Below are positions 27,789 to 41,315 of a stretch of DNA of 64,000 nucleotides, one piece after another. The number at the start of each line of letters is the position of its first letter. Position 1 is the stretch's first letter. Location: NCBI GenBank assembly GCA_963693365.1, contig CAVNZM010000007.1:3271979-3335978 (forward strand), in the 5' to 3' direction. Made by a program: the position numbers and the translations under genes. This DNA comes from Amoebidium appalachense (lineage: Eukaryota; Protista; Ichthyosporea). The notes under the pieces were generated by a model, which saw nothing but the letters and a program-made list of their open reading frames with translations, did not search any database and was not told the origin of the DNA.

Positions 27789-28597
27789 AAAAAAATAAAA
27801 TAAAATAAAATAAACACACACATACACACACACTTACGCTATTGCACATGTATGCACATGGACAGCACAGTAGAACTTAGCAGAATGCATACAGCAACCA
27901 TGGTCACACCAATGTGTACACCACTAACTTGCCATCGCGGGCAGGTATTGATTTCAAGAACGTTGCGCTCAACAAGCCCGTTACGTCATCATCTGTCCTT
28001 GGTGGGTTTCCCACCGTCCGCGCCACGGACGGCAACACCAACGGGGTTTTGAGCTATTCCTCGTGCATGTCAACAAATTACGAGCCCCAGCCCTGGGTGC
28101 AGGTGGATTTGCAGAAACTGTATGAAGTCAAAAGGGTGAGTATTCCTGAAACAATTTCGAAATATTACAGGAATTCCAAAAAAATTAAACTCCGGGGGTT
28201 TAACCCACTCACGACAGGCCGGTCACGTAGAAGCAAAAAAAAAGCAATAATTTTAAAGCGGAACGGAGGTGTAATGCTTGCTTACCTGTTCAGATCAGAA
28301 AAGCCTAAGTGGTGCACACTCTTACATCATTGAATTCAACGAGTGCATCAATGTGCACACAGGCATGTGCAGGCCTTAATGCTCAGAACGTAGAGCCATG
28401 TTTTGCAAGTTTTCCTAGTTTGATATGAGAAAGAAGGGAAAAAAATCATTATCATCCCAGTTGTATTCTTAAATTCACACCATTATTGGAGCTACACTCT
28501 CCATCGTTATGTACTGACCCCCGTTTGTTCATGCAGGTTCGCGTTTGGGGACGCTCCGATTTGGAGTGTGAATTGCTTCATGGCTTCCAGGTATCCC

Positions 28598-28628
<31 letters not shown>

Positions 28629-30400
28629 AAAAAAAACAAAACAAAAAAGAAACCACCAGCAGCACTACTACCACCATCCCCCCTCGCTCTCCCCCTCCCC
28701 TTCCCACCCCCTCCCCCTCCCCCCCTCCCCCCGTCCTCCCTCCTCCCAGCCATTATTCTTTTCCACCCCCTCCCCCCCCCCCCCCCCCCCCCCCCCTACC
28801 CACCCCAATTATCCTGACCGTGTGTCATGCCCGCTTTACTTCTGAAACATCTTCCATCTAAATATAACCAATGGATCCCTACAGGTCCTGGTAGACAATG
28901 TTCTATGCGGTGCCGAGCTCAACCCAGCCTCAGCCCCCGGTGGGTTTGTGGACGTCAATTGCACATTCCCCATCATTGGCAGGAGGGTACGCATCGAATC
29001 ATTCCAGTTCACGTCGCTTCAGATTTGTGAGCTTGAGGTTGATGGGACCGAAGTCATTGGAGCGCCCCTACAGCCAGGTAGGAATTGGCGGTGTGTGTGT
29101 GTGTGTGTGAGTGTGTGTGTACGTGTGTAGGTGTACGTGTGCATGGGGAGACGAGTTTGATTGAGTTGTGGGCCATGGTGTGGCATTCGGACTGAGTGGG
29201 GTGACAAGTGACACACAAAAACATAGTTACAGACATGCGGCTTTGTGTCAGTGTGTGTGTGTGTATGTGTGTGTGTGTGAATGTAGGAGGGCGGGTTCAT
29301 GGATACAGGTGCACTGTGACATAGAGGGGTTATGAGCTGAAATTACCATTGGGAGCACGCACATATTGCAGCGAACGTGCACAGTCATGTATTCAGATGT
29401 AACTGGAAACGATTGACTGAATGCATACATCGACACACAGAACCGACCAAGTTGGGTTGCTACGTTGACAGCGGCGATCGCGATCTTCCTGTCTTGCAGC
29501 TGAACAGCGACCCAGCTAACACCATCGAAAAGTGTGCTGATGCCTGTGCTGGTTATCCATATTTCGGTCTTCAGGTAAAGTATGGGAATGAGGCGTACGT
29601 TGGTACGATGCTTGTACCCTCCCCTCCTCCCCCCCCACTTCCCCTCCCACTTCCCCCCTCCAAACGGCAAAACAACGGAATGTGTGTATCGCCCAGCGCT
29701 GTGATATATTTTAGTTTTCGATGCAGGCCGTGATCGACGTCACATTCTGATACGGCGCTCATATTCATCATCCGTCCCTCCGCAGTATTCCTCATTCTGC
29801 TTCTGTGGAACCAGCTACGGCAAATTGGGGGTAGCACCCCCCTACGAGTGCAGCCTCAAGGCGTCAGGAAATCAAAACCAGGAAGCTGGGGGCGCATGGA
29901 GAAACACGGTGTACCGCCAGCCTGACTCCGCTGGTAGGTGAAAGTGCCCGTTATGCGTATGGTGGTGTTTGCAATGTAATTAGCAATAGCACTAGTTGCA
30001 TTGCTACTGTGTGACTGTGGTGACAGTTAAGAACTTCGACGGCATGTATAGAAGCGGGAAGCAAGTTTTCAATGGTTTGTGCATTAGTGTTTGTGGTGGT
30101 GGTTGTTTGGCTGGCAGACACAGCGCGTAATGCGACATGCTGAACACTGACTGTCCCCCCCCCCCCCCCCCCCCGCATGTATAGAAGCGGGAAGCAAGTT
30201 TTCAATGGTTTGTGCATTAGTGTTTGTGGTGGTGGTTGTTTGGCTGGCAGACACAGCGCGTAATGCGACATGCTGAACACTGACTGTCCCCCCCCCCCCC
30301 CCCCCCCTCTCTTGCCCCCTCCCGTGGCCCCGAACAAAAAGGAAAGAAAGAAATGGGAAACACCTGGTGGGCACACACATACGCACACGTGCACACACAT

Positions 30401-30433
<33 letters not shown>

Positions 30434-30471
30434 CCTGGTGGGCACACACATACGCACACGTGCACACACAT

Positions 30472-30509
<38 letters not shown>

Positions 30510-31260
30510 ACACACAAACACACACACACATGCACGCGCATTTATGAATTATGTAACCACCTCATCATTCCCACACCCCCCACACCCCACCCCCCCTCCC
30601 ATCACACACACACACACACACACACATGTGAACACACAGGCTACCAGCCGCACATCAGGCCCGGGAACGGTCTCAAATGCTCTGACGGAAACGGCGCGTT
30701 GTTTGATGCCCCGCGTGGTCTGGGAACTGTCGCAGACGTTTCCAAGTGTTATGAGGCTTGCCGTAGTCGTGCGGGATGCACCCATTTCACCTATTACTAC
30801 AATTCAAAGTGGTGCAGTCTTTATTCGAAGTGTGAGGGAACGGAACCTGCCGGGGATGGCGGTCAGACTTTTGTACTTGTTGGTGAGTACATTCTATTCG
30901 AGTGTGTCCAAACGGATGCAAAAGGATGGCTGGAAAACTTGAAAGAAAAAGGAAAGATATGTGGTCTGTGGTCTCATTCGCACATCCGGAAAGATATGTG
31001 GTCTGTGGTCTCATTCGCACATCCAACTTGCTTGCCCTCTCGAAGTATTTTTACCTGCTACTGCTACGTTTACTAACTTAGTTGTGAATTACAAGGTATA
31101 AGGAAAGCCAAAATCATTCTTACCTGCTTTGGCTACCAATTCTGATGCAGTTTAAAATTTGGCACAAAACTTCAATCCAGAAACTAAGAGTATCCTGACT
31201 AATATTTCCACCCTCATTTTTCACAGGCCCCCCGCCATCAGCAGATCCAGGTGAGCATCA

Positions 31261-31314
<54 letters not shown>

Positions 31315-34300
31315 ACAAAAAAATAAAAAAAACTAACTTTTTTGTCTTTGCCACCCCCATACTTGCCTAATTGTGGCACCTTAAACGGTATTCCGATTGT
31401 GTGACAACACAAGCCCACAAATAGGTCAAAAGTCAGCAGTACGTAATCTTTCTAAAGAGCCTCCTATTTGAGGGCCTTTTCCTAGTAATATCAGCCTCAA
31501 TTCTATTCCAAAGTATGCTCTCTCTCTCTCTCCCCCCCCCCCCCCCCCCCCCCTTCCTCCCCTTCTCCTCACTTCCAGCTCTCTCTCCCCCCTTCGTGGG
31601 AGCTTGCCCAAAAACGACCGACACACACACAAGGGGTCATTTAAATTAGCCTGCAAGAAGGAAGAAATTAAACTGTATGAACTCACGAAAATCTCCCTCT
31701 CCGCTCTCTTCCCCCATCTCAGGCAACGGCGCCTTTCCCGTGAACATTGCATGCAACAAGCCGAGCAACCAGTCAAGCGTGTTTGCCGGCGGTGTTCCCT
31801 CGCTAGGAAACGACTGCAAATACAACGCCATGATGTTCAACTCCCCCAACCAGCAGGTGTGTGGAACTGTGTGCATGTGATGGATGTGCTTTGCTTTTGG
31901 GGTTCTTTCGGATTACAGCATTCGATTTGCTTTTGGGGTTCCTTCTGATTACAGCATTCGATTTGGTTTTGGTGCATGCATCATGCACGTGTGTGTATGT
32001 GTGTGTCCCACTGTGTGGGCGCGTGTGCGCATGCGATATTGGGTGTGGGTGCCTGTCAGTGTGAACATGTTCTGTACTGCGTTTGTGTGGGCGTGTGTAT
32101 GGGTGTTGAAGATGGTGTCTTAATGGTGTGTCAGTATTTGTGCATTCATTGTGTCTCCATGCAGCTGTGGGCACACAGATTATACAGTGCTCCCCCCCCC
32201 CCCCCCCCCCCCCCCCCTATACACACACACACATACACACCTCCTGCCCCGCTGTCTCTAACACCGCCTCTCGACTTGACCATTCTATCACGGGCAAGTT
32301 TCCCTGGTCTTCTTTTGATACAAGTCTCAGTAGCCAAATCGTGAAATGATTACACACGCCCATGAGCAGCATTCTAACACCAGTGTTCTTTCAGAGCCCC
32401 CAGTGCGCACACACGACCGCATCCAATGACCCCTGGTATGAGATCGATCTGGGCAAATCGTACAAGATCCACTCCATCCGCGTTCTTAACCGCGTCGACT
32501 GCTGTGCCGAGCGGCTTGATGGATTCGTGGTATGTGCACGTGTGATGTTCCCTGCCAGCGTGGGGTTTATGTCTGCTAAGTTATCATGTGCATGGGGTGT
32601 TGGACCGGGTGCTTCATATTGTTTCAATGGTGTTGTCAACCAGCCTTGCATGTGCAAGCGTTTCTCACCTTCCGACATTGAGACTCGCTTGTATTTCTTT
32701 CTCTGCACCCACATTCTAAACAACAAGCACAGAATTAGTACCCACCTACAGCATTTTATCTCCATGGACCCTTGCAGACAGGGGTAGGCCAAATACAAGA
32801 TTACGTGGACTTCGGCAGCAGCCAGCTTGAATTTTAATTCCAGACCCCCCTAGCCCACAAGAACAAAAGGAAAATATCTTAACTTTCACTGTGCAATGGG
32901 ATTATTTTTCCAAAATTCCTAGCGCTATATTCTTATATTCGGAAAATCTTAAATGTCGTCTATCCCTGCACACTAGAACTCATTTTCATTGGTTGCAGGT
33001 CACGGTCGACGGACAACAATGCGGCCCCGACGCCAACCAGGCCCCTCCATTCGGCAAACTGGGCATTGTCGGCTGCGCAGACGACAACGTGATTGGTCAG
33101 AAGGTTCGGATCTCACTCCCTGGCCGCAATCGGATTCTGACACTTTGTGAGGTGGAGGTGTGGGCACTTCCAGAGCCCCAGGGCACGATTTCCGGCCAAG
33201 TGGTCAGTCAACAGCTGGGACAGATAAGGGGGGTCCCTGACGTCACGATCAACGTTGTGAAGAAGGGTACGAATCAGGTCGTTTCGGTGGTCAAGACAGA
33301 TGCACAGGTACGTGTTTTTCATCTTTTTTCTTTTTAATTATTGTCCTTTCCCTAAAGGTGTTTTGTTTTCCCCTTTTGTGACGAGTTGCAATAACTATCG
33401 GTATCGTGCATTGTCTTGGGCTTTGCAATATCATCTGCTGTACCACCAACAGGCACCATGAAAGTTATGGAAATCTAGGAATATCCATCCTGGTAGTGAA
33501 TCATTGAAAACCTGCGACTAATTTTGTTTAACTTACCTACAGGGCAACTACCGTGTGCAACTGCTCAAGGGTGACGTCACTGTCCGCCCTGACCTTCCCA
33601 GCAGCACCACCTTTCTGTCCCCCCAGAGCGGCTCTGTGGATCTCACCATTGTGCCCCTTAAGACCTACAATGCTACTTTTGTTATTGCTGCCACCACCGG
33701 TACCATTTCCGGTATGATGCCCCCCCCCCCCCCCCCAAAAGACACACACACAAATAATGTTTGAAGCCTCTCAAGCGAGGCTGTAGAGTAAGTGAAGAAA
33801 TGCAAGCGAGGCTGTAGAGAAGTGCAGAAATGCAACACTGAACGGGATGTCCCCCCCCTCCCCCCCCCCCCCCCCCCCCCCCAACCTCACCCCTGTAACT
33901 CCCTTCTCCCCTCTCCCACCCGGCCCAAGGTTGAAAAGGGTCACACCCGACCAACTCGTGCACTGCAGAGTACGAGCAATCCTCAAGTTCCGTGTTTTTT
34001 TCGTTTTTTTTTAGTTCCGGTCTTTTTTTATTTTTTTTATTTATTAAATGCATAGAAACTTCCGCTTTTTCATGATTATAGGTTTGTTTTGATTCGAGCA
34101 CCGTTTTTCAACAAAATGGACATGTGAGATGGGCTGATACAATGCACTGACTCGCACCACTTCTCCACTACAGGTGAAATCACTCTCTTCCAAAACGACG
34201 TTGAAACACCTCTTGCCCACATCCCGATTTCCGTTTTCGGATCCAACGGTCGCCTCTTGAACGTTACGCTTGTTTCTGGCCGTGATGGTGCATTCGAGAT

Positions 34301-37300
34301 TAACGTCCCTGTTGGTGATTGGACCCTGGTACCCCAAGTACCTGCACGCTATGTTCCATCGGGGAATTTCAAGCCGAGCGCTCGTGTGACAATTGGGCCT
34401 GCTGAAAAGAAGAACGTTGTGTTCCAGTTCACTGCTGGAGCGGCGGGTAAGTTTAAACCTAATTCGATTGTGAAATTTCCTAAGATGGTATCATCGCGCC
34501 GCAACTGCGGGTGAATGGCTTGGTATCAATGACAGTCTCTAACCGAGTCGATTGCCAACAAAAAAAAAAAAAAAAAAAAAATTCGACCGCGGAAACTGAT
34601 GTGCATATGCACTACAGCCATAAATCTAACATTCGAGAGTAATGATTATGCATACAGTTTGCAATTGTTTTTTCCCATTGATTATTATGATCACACCACT
34701 AGCTGACCCGTCTTTTTCCCCCAGCCGGTGGCGTGAGTGGCACCGTGTACCGCAACCGCCTCACCAACCCCCTGAGCGGTGCTTCCGTCTTCCTCAAGGA
34801 CTCCACCGGCAGTGTTCGTGCGTTTGCAACTACCAACGACAAGGGAGAATTCTCGTTTGCGTCTGCTTCGGTTGGTCGGTCGACGGTTGGAGTTGTGCCA
34901 CAGAATGGCTACATCGGTAGCTGTATTGAGGGGACCACTTGTGAGGCGGGTGGGGAGGTTGCTGTTACGACGGTGGAGGCGAGGTCGGTGGCTGGGGTGA
35001 GACTTTTGGTGGTTGACGAGGCTACTGATTCAGACGGTGAGTGAGTGATGTGACGGATGTGAAATGTACTTGTAACTTGCGGCATGCAAGTATTCAGCGT
35101 CACCGATGTCTTATGCAGTCCGTTCCCTAAGAGCGTATGCAGTGTCCTTCACTCAAATTTTCCCTAAGAGCGCATGCAGTGTTTAGACCATATACAAACA
35201 CACAACAACTTACTTTACGCAAGCACCCAGCCATTGCTCACCCGCCCTCATACACCACAGCCGGCCCCATCACCGGAACCGTCACCACCCAGGTAAACGG
35301 GGGCCGCGGGCCCCTCCCCAAAACAGAGGTCTACCTGCTAGATCCCGATTACAACAAGATCGCACAATCGACAACCGATATCTATGGCAGATACTCTTTT
35401 GGACCCCAGCCGGCCGGAAATTACATTGTGGGGGTGTTGGACTGGCCAGATAACCTCATGCCCGCAATCGTGGATGGGCGGGACAGTAATCCGGACGGCA
35501 GTGTAAATCTTGCCCTGAAGTCAAAAACCCCCGTCAAGGTCGACTTTACCTTCACCACCAACACAAATACTGGTGGGTGTTCTATGTGAGATTCTTTGTG
35601 GAATTTCGTGGTTTGTGTATGTGTGCTCATTATTGTGGGGAAAACTCCAAGATGTGCACGGGAATTCTGGTGGGTGTTCTATCGGAAATTCCGTATTTGA
35701 GTATCATATTATGCTCATTGCAGAACATGCAAACGTGTTGCTCATACCGAATCTATGATATATATATATCCGACTGGCATAATTTTATTTTGCTCATACC
35801 GAATCTATGATATGTATATATATATATATATATATATATGGCTTCCGTCGTATCTACGAGCCTACCTCATTTGCAAATATTCCATTATGGCTCGTGATAC
35901 AACGGCAACAAGCTATTCAATAATGCTCATTTAGCAGCTTTTTGGCAGATAAGGCTGGAGGATATATATATATATTTATGTCCAACTGGCATAATTTTAT
36001 ATCTAACCCGTTCTTGTAAAACTTCAGGCGGACCTATCAGTGGATCTGTGTTTTTGGACCCCAACCGCAACAACAAGAGGGAGGCAAATGAAACTGGCTG
36101 GTGCGGGCGTCGTGTTTTTGTGAGGAACTCGGAAGGAAAGGTATGTATTTTTCTGTAAATTTAACAAATGGGAATGTAGACAAAGTTTTTGTTGTGCTCA
36201 AAATAAGCGACATAGATTAAATACTGCAATGATGAGAGAAAATGTGGTAACAAATAGGGTACTGGATCGATTCTTTTCAAGATTTAATTTGTAGCGACAG
36301 TGTGTGCAAATTAAATCTTTGAAAGCTACATCATTCCTGCATTCAATCATTAAATCCTCTATAGAACCATAAAACTTCTTCCATTGAAAGCTTTGCAATC
36401 TAACCAATCTCTACCAACCAATCAGGTGATTGCAACAGCCACCACCAACGATGCAGGCAACTATGTATTCCCGAGGATTCCCCCTGGGAAAGTCACCGTC
36501 TCGACCCAACCCCCCAATAATCTCGTTCCCTCCGCTGCTACCGGCCGTGCACCCGATGGCAGCTTCACTCTCAACGTTGCAAGCAGCAAGCCTGTTGCCG
36601 TCCCTCTCGGCTATGCCCCTAAAGGTAAGCACCCTCCCCCCCCCCCCCCCCCCCCCCCCTCCCCCCTCCGCCTGCCCCCTCGCCCGCCCTCCCCCTCTCA
36701 ACCCCTCTACATCCCCCCTTGCCCCCCCCCCCCCCCCCTCCTCCTCCTCTCTCTTCCCTACACACACGAACATGACGCTCCTTTTACCCTTTTAACATTT
36801 TCCACGCCCCGTATTCCTCCCTCCCCCCCCCCCCCCCCCCCCCCAACACACACACACACAGAGTGAACACCCCCCGAGTGAACACCCCCCGAAGGATGCC
36901 CAAGGGGGGGGGGGGGGGGGGTCCGATCTAGCGAAAAAAATCTAGGTATCATCCATATACATGAATACAAAGAACTCTTATTCAATCCGGTAACAAATGT
37001 GTCTTCACCTTCCGGTAACAAATGCGGTACAAAGAACTCCTATTCAATCCGGTAACAAATGTGTCTTCACCTTCCGGTAACAAATGCGTCTTCACCTCTC
37101 CTGCGTTACAAAGAACTCTTATTCAATCCGGTAACAAATGTGTCTTCACCTTCCGATAACAATCTCCTTAAGTTATAGTTTCTGGCCCGTACTCACGTAC
37201 TTTCTCATTGCGACCTGTCTCCTCTATAGTTTCTGGCCCGTACTCACGTACTTTCTCATTGCGACCTGTCTCCTCTACTCGTTACTCTACGTTAGTAGGT

Positions 37301-38301
37301 TTCGGACTGTACTCACGTACTTTCTACTCGCGTCTTCTAGTACAAGTAATTTTAAGGGAATTCTAATAGTATAGGTGTTTGCCCCCCGACCTCGTCGACC
37401 CCCTATACTCGCTTCGCTCTCATGGGGGTATATTTTATGTATATGGTAGAAAATATTTAGTTAGTACAAGTAATTTTAAGGTAATTCCAAGTGATTCATG
37501 TGTTTGCCCCCCGACTTCGTCGACCCCCTATACTCGCTTCGCTCTCATGGGGGTATATTTTATGTATATAATAGTAAATAGAAAATATTTAGTAGAAAAT
37601 ATTTAGTTAGTACGAGGGTATTTAGTTAGTACGAGGGTTATTTAGTTAGTACGACCCTCGTACTAAGGGTTTTGTATAGGAATTTGGTAAGTCTCATAGG
37701 TTCTGTGAATAGAAGCGTTATTGCGAAGTAGCGTATTTCCAAGGCAATCGAAGAAGGTTTAAAAAGCGAATGCTCGTCTGTAATGGAGGAGATAGTGAAG
37801 CTTGGAATGGAGGAGATAGTGAAGCTTGGAATAAGAGTAGAGAGAGGAAGAGAGATGAGAAAGTACGTGAGAAAACTACCTCTCCTTAAGTTATTTAAGT
37901 TTCTTCCACACTAACCCCATACATGATATCTCTCCATATCAGTGGGGACATCTGCCACCATCACCGGCACCGTGAAGACGGACAAGAACACCCCTATCGG
38001 TGGTGCAACCGTCAATCTGTTGGACTCTACCGGCAAAATCGTCGCCACCACCACCACTTCCGCCACCGGCACATTCACAATCACTGCGCGCACTCCGGGT
38101 GCCCATCGCATCGAAGCGGTGTTCAAGGAGCCGGCCGGAGCCACCCCCTCGCCAACCAATCAGAATGCACTAACTGTGGTTCTTGGAATCGATGTCGATG
38201 TTACTCTTATCTACGTTCTGCCCAAGCTCAGTATGTGCCCCTCTGCCCGAACTCACTATTTTTCCATCGTGTACATGTTTTCTTCCCCCACGTCCACGTC
38301 C

Positions 38302-38336
<35 letters not shown>

Positions 38337-41315
38337 TCTTTCCCTCCCCCTCTGTCCCTTCGTTTTTTCGTTCCCCCCCCCCCCCCCCCCCCCTCCTCTT
38401 TCCCTCCCCCTCTTTCCCTTCGTTTTTTCGTTTTTTCATCCCCTATTGGCGTGCCTGTTGGGGGTCCGGGAAAACAAGTATCTGCTACCTATTCATTCAG
38501 CACTTGCACTGGCACTGGCCCCCTTACTGCTCTGAGTCTGTGTAGAGATAGAGCAGTAAGAATCTGAGTCTGTGTAGAGATAGATTCGCACCCGTAGTCT
38601 GTGTAGAGATAGATTCGCACCCGTAAGGGTGCAGTTGTGCCCCATACACAGACTTTTGTATGTGTACAGACTTTTGTGTCTCTTTCGTATCAGCAAATAT
38701 TCACTGAAAAGTGCTACAAAAGTCTGCACCTATTTTTCTCTCTGTTCTTTACGTCAGCAACACATACATAGACTTTGTCTTTCATATCTGAAAAGTGCTA
38801 CAAAAGTCTGCACCTATTTTTCTCTCTGTGCTGACGTAAAGAACAGACTTTGTCTTTCATATCACAGACTTTGTCTTTCATATCAGCAAATATTCACTGA
38901 AAAGTGCTACAAAAGTCTGTGTGTGTGAACACAGACTTTTGTGTCTCTTTCGTATCATTCGTATCAGCAAATATTCACTGAAAAGTGCTACAAAATTCTG
39001 TGTGTCTCTTTCGTATCAGCAAATATTCACTGAAAATTGCTAATGTCCCCGTTATCTTTAACAGGTGGTGCTATCAGCGGCACCGTAACCTCCTCAGCCG
39101 ATGGCGCCGGTATTGGAGGGGTTAAGATCACAATCACCGATAAGGCCGGTAAAGTTCTCGACACCACCACCAGCGATCCCGTCGGAAATTACAAACTCCT
39201 GAGAGGAGTTTTGGCTGGCCCCATCACGATTGCATCTGCTACGCCCAATGGATTTGTCCCATCGGCAGACGGCCCGACGATTTCGACTGAGGCGGTGGAG
39301 GGGGATATCCTACCTGACATGAACTTTGTGTTTGATCCCAAACAGGTCACCCCTAGTAAGTGGATATACCCCCGCCCCCTCCCCCCCCCCCCCCCCCATA
39401 CTCGAACTTTGTGTTTGATCCCAAACAGGTCACCCCTAGTAAGTGGATATACCCCCCCCCCCCCCCCCCATACTCCTTCATGTATGGTTTGCACTCTGCA
39501 TCGTAACACGATGTTCATGTGTACTTCGTACTTTATGACCTGATTAAAGTGCTAATAAACATGCGCCAAGTTTACAATCCTTTTATTAACTATCAATTAG
39601 ATAGGATACTAATTGATGACCTGATTAAAGTGCTAATAAACATGCGCCAAGTTTACAATCCTTTTATTAACTATCAATTAGATAGGATACTAATTGCTTC
39701 ATGACCTGATTAAAGTGCTAATAAACATGCGCCAAGTTTAGGATACTAATTGCTTCATGACCTGATTAAAGTGCTAATAAACATGCGCCAAGTTTACAAT
39801 CCTTTTATTAACTATCAATTAGATAGGATACTAATTGCTTCATACTAAGGGAGTAATTACAATACTCTATGCCCTTTTTCCCCTTTTACCCCTTGCCCCC
39901 CTACCCACATTCCTCTCTCTGCTTGTGAGAGTGGTGCAGCTTGATGTGAGAAACGCCATGTGTGTGGTGGTGGGTGTGTGGTGGTGGTGGTGGTGGGTGT
40001 GTGGTGGTGGTGGTGGGTGTGTGGGTGGGTGTGTGTGTGGGGGGGGGGTTGGAGGAGTTTACGGGTCCCCCATTTTTCGTTTTGAAATACATTACGTGTG
40101 GTACGTGTGGTTTATTCAGCTCAAACTCTTAGCTCATTCAGCTCAAACTCTTAGCTCAAACTCTTAGCCTGCCAAACTCTTAGCTCAAACAAGGGCCTAC
40201 CTCCCTTCCCACTAATTTGCAAAATTTGATATGCCATTAACACTTTGTTTTTGCCTACCTGTGCCTGCTACATAACCTGAAATTCCCGGTTTGTGCAGTG
40301 TTTTTGCCTACTTGTGCCTGCTACATAACCTGAAATTCCCGACATATATGGCTGAATTATATATTCAGTGTTAGATATGTCTGACCCTGAAATTCCCATC
40401 ATCACAGACACCGTTGACCCTGGCTTTGGTAATCCTGACGTGGGATCTCCAGTCAACCCCGATAATGGCTTTGAATTTGGCGATTGCGATTTCTGCGACC
40501 CGTATGCATCGTGTGTCAGTGGCCAGTGCAAGTGTAATGCTGGGTACAAGGGCGACGGCATTACTTGCTGTAAGTTTCATTTCCCAATTTCTACATCCTC
40601 CACTAATGCTCCCCTCCCCCCCCCCCCCCCCCCCCCCAAACCCCCCCCCCCCACCCCCCAACCCCTCCCACTCCCACTCCCCTTTTCCCGTCCCCTTGCA
40701 AGGTTTTCAAAAACATGTTCATCTGGGCCACTCCCCCCCCCCCCCCCCCCCCCCCGCCCCGCCCCCGCCCCCCTCTTCCCACCTACATTTCCTTCCTTTC
40801 CCTTCCCCCCCTTCCCCTACATTTCCTTCCTTTCCCTTACTCCCCCTTCCCCCCCACCCCACCCCCCCACCCCCAACCCCCTCCCCCTTCCCGTCTATTG
40901 GAAGGATATTTGATATGCACGTGCGCGCGAACACACACACACACAAACCACGCGCATTCACCTAAGCACACTTCTTGGGTAAACCACGCGAACCCCTTCC
41001 CGTCTATTGGAAGGATATTTGATATGCACGTGCGCGCGAACACACACACACACAAACCACGCGCATTCACCTAAGCACACTTCTTGGGTAAACCACGCGC
41101 ATTCACCTAAGCACACTTCTTGGGTTTATTCAAGGACATCTGTCGAGATTGTATGCAGAAACTCATATGGTGACCAGCACACTTCTTGGGTTTATTCAAG
41201 GACATCTGTCGAGATTGTATGCAGAAACTCATATGGTGACCGTGTGTCCATTGTCTAATATTTTTCCTGTGCAGACAAAGCCGACAGTTCAACTGGCGGC
41301 GGCTACAGGATCTGA
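26295..41315 (+). CDS. Multi-exon secreted mosaic lectin/adhesin: signal peptide, 3 Cys-Trp repeats, F-type lectin, WSC, PAN/Apple, F-type lectin, 7 CnaB/SdrD-B-like repeats, EGF
   Basis: GT-AG exons assembled by eye (approximate): 26295-26762, 27196-27412, 27945-28135, 28537-28590, 28885-29077, 29441-29574, 29786-29933, 30640-30882, 31227-31250, 31723-31856, 32395-32529, 32999-33307, 33543-33711, 34174-34446, 34725-35036, 35261-35572, 36028-36140, 36426-36624, 37943-38230, 39065-39354, 40408-40568, 41275-41315 (TGA). Motifs: [21 protein letters not shown]; [29 protein letters not shown]; CYEAC..CTHFTY..C; [10 protein letters not shown]; GTISG/TT..GNY.F repeats; [21 protein letters not shown]. 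Small exons near 39.9 kb may have been missed. Confidence 0.85.
37177..37880. mobile_element. 704-bp intronic insertion with inverted termini and 14-bp flanking direct repeat
   Basis: TCTCCTTAAGTTAT at 37163-37176 and 37881-37894. CTCACGTACTTTCTCAT (~37192) is the reverse complement of ATGAGAAAGTACGTGAG (~37855). Confidence 0.7.
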
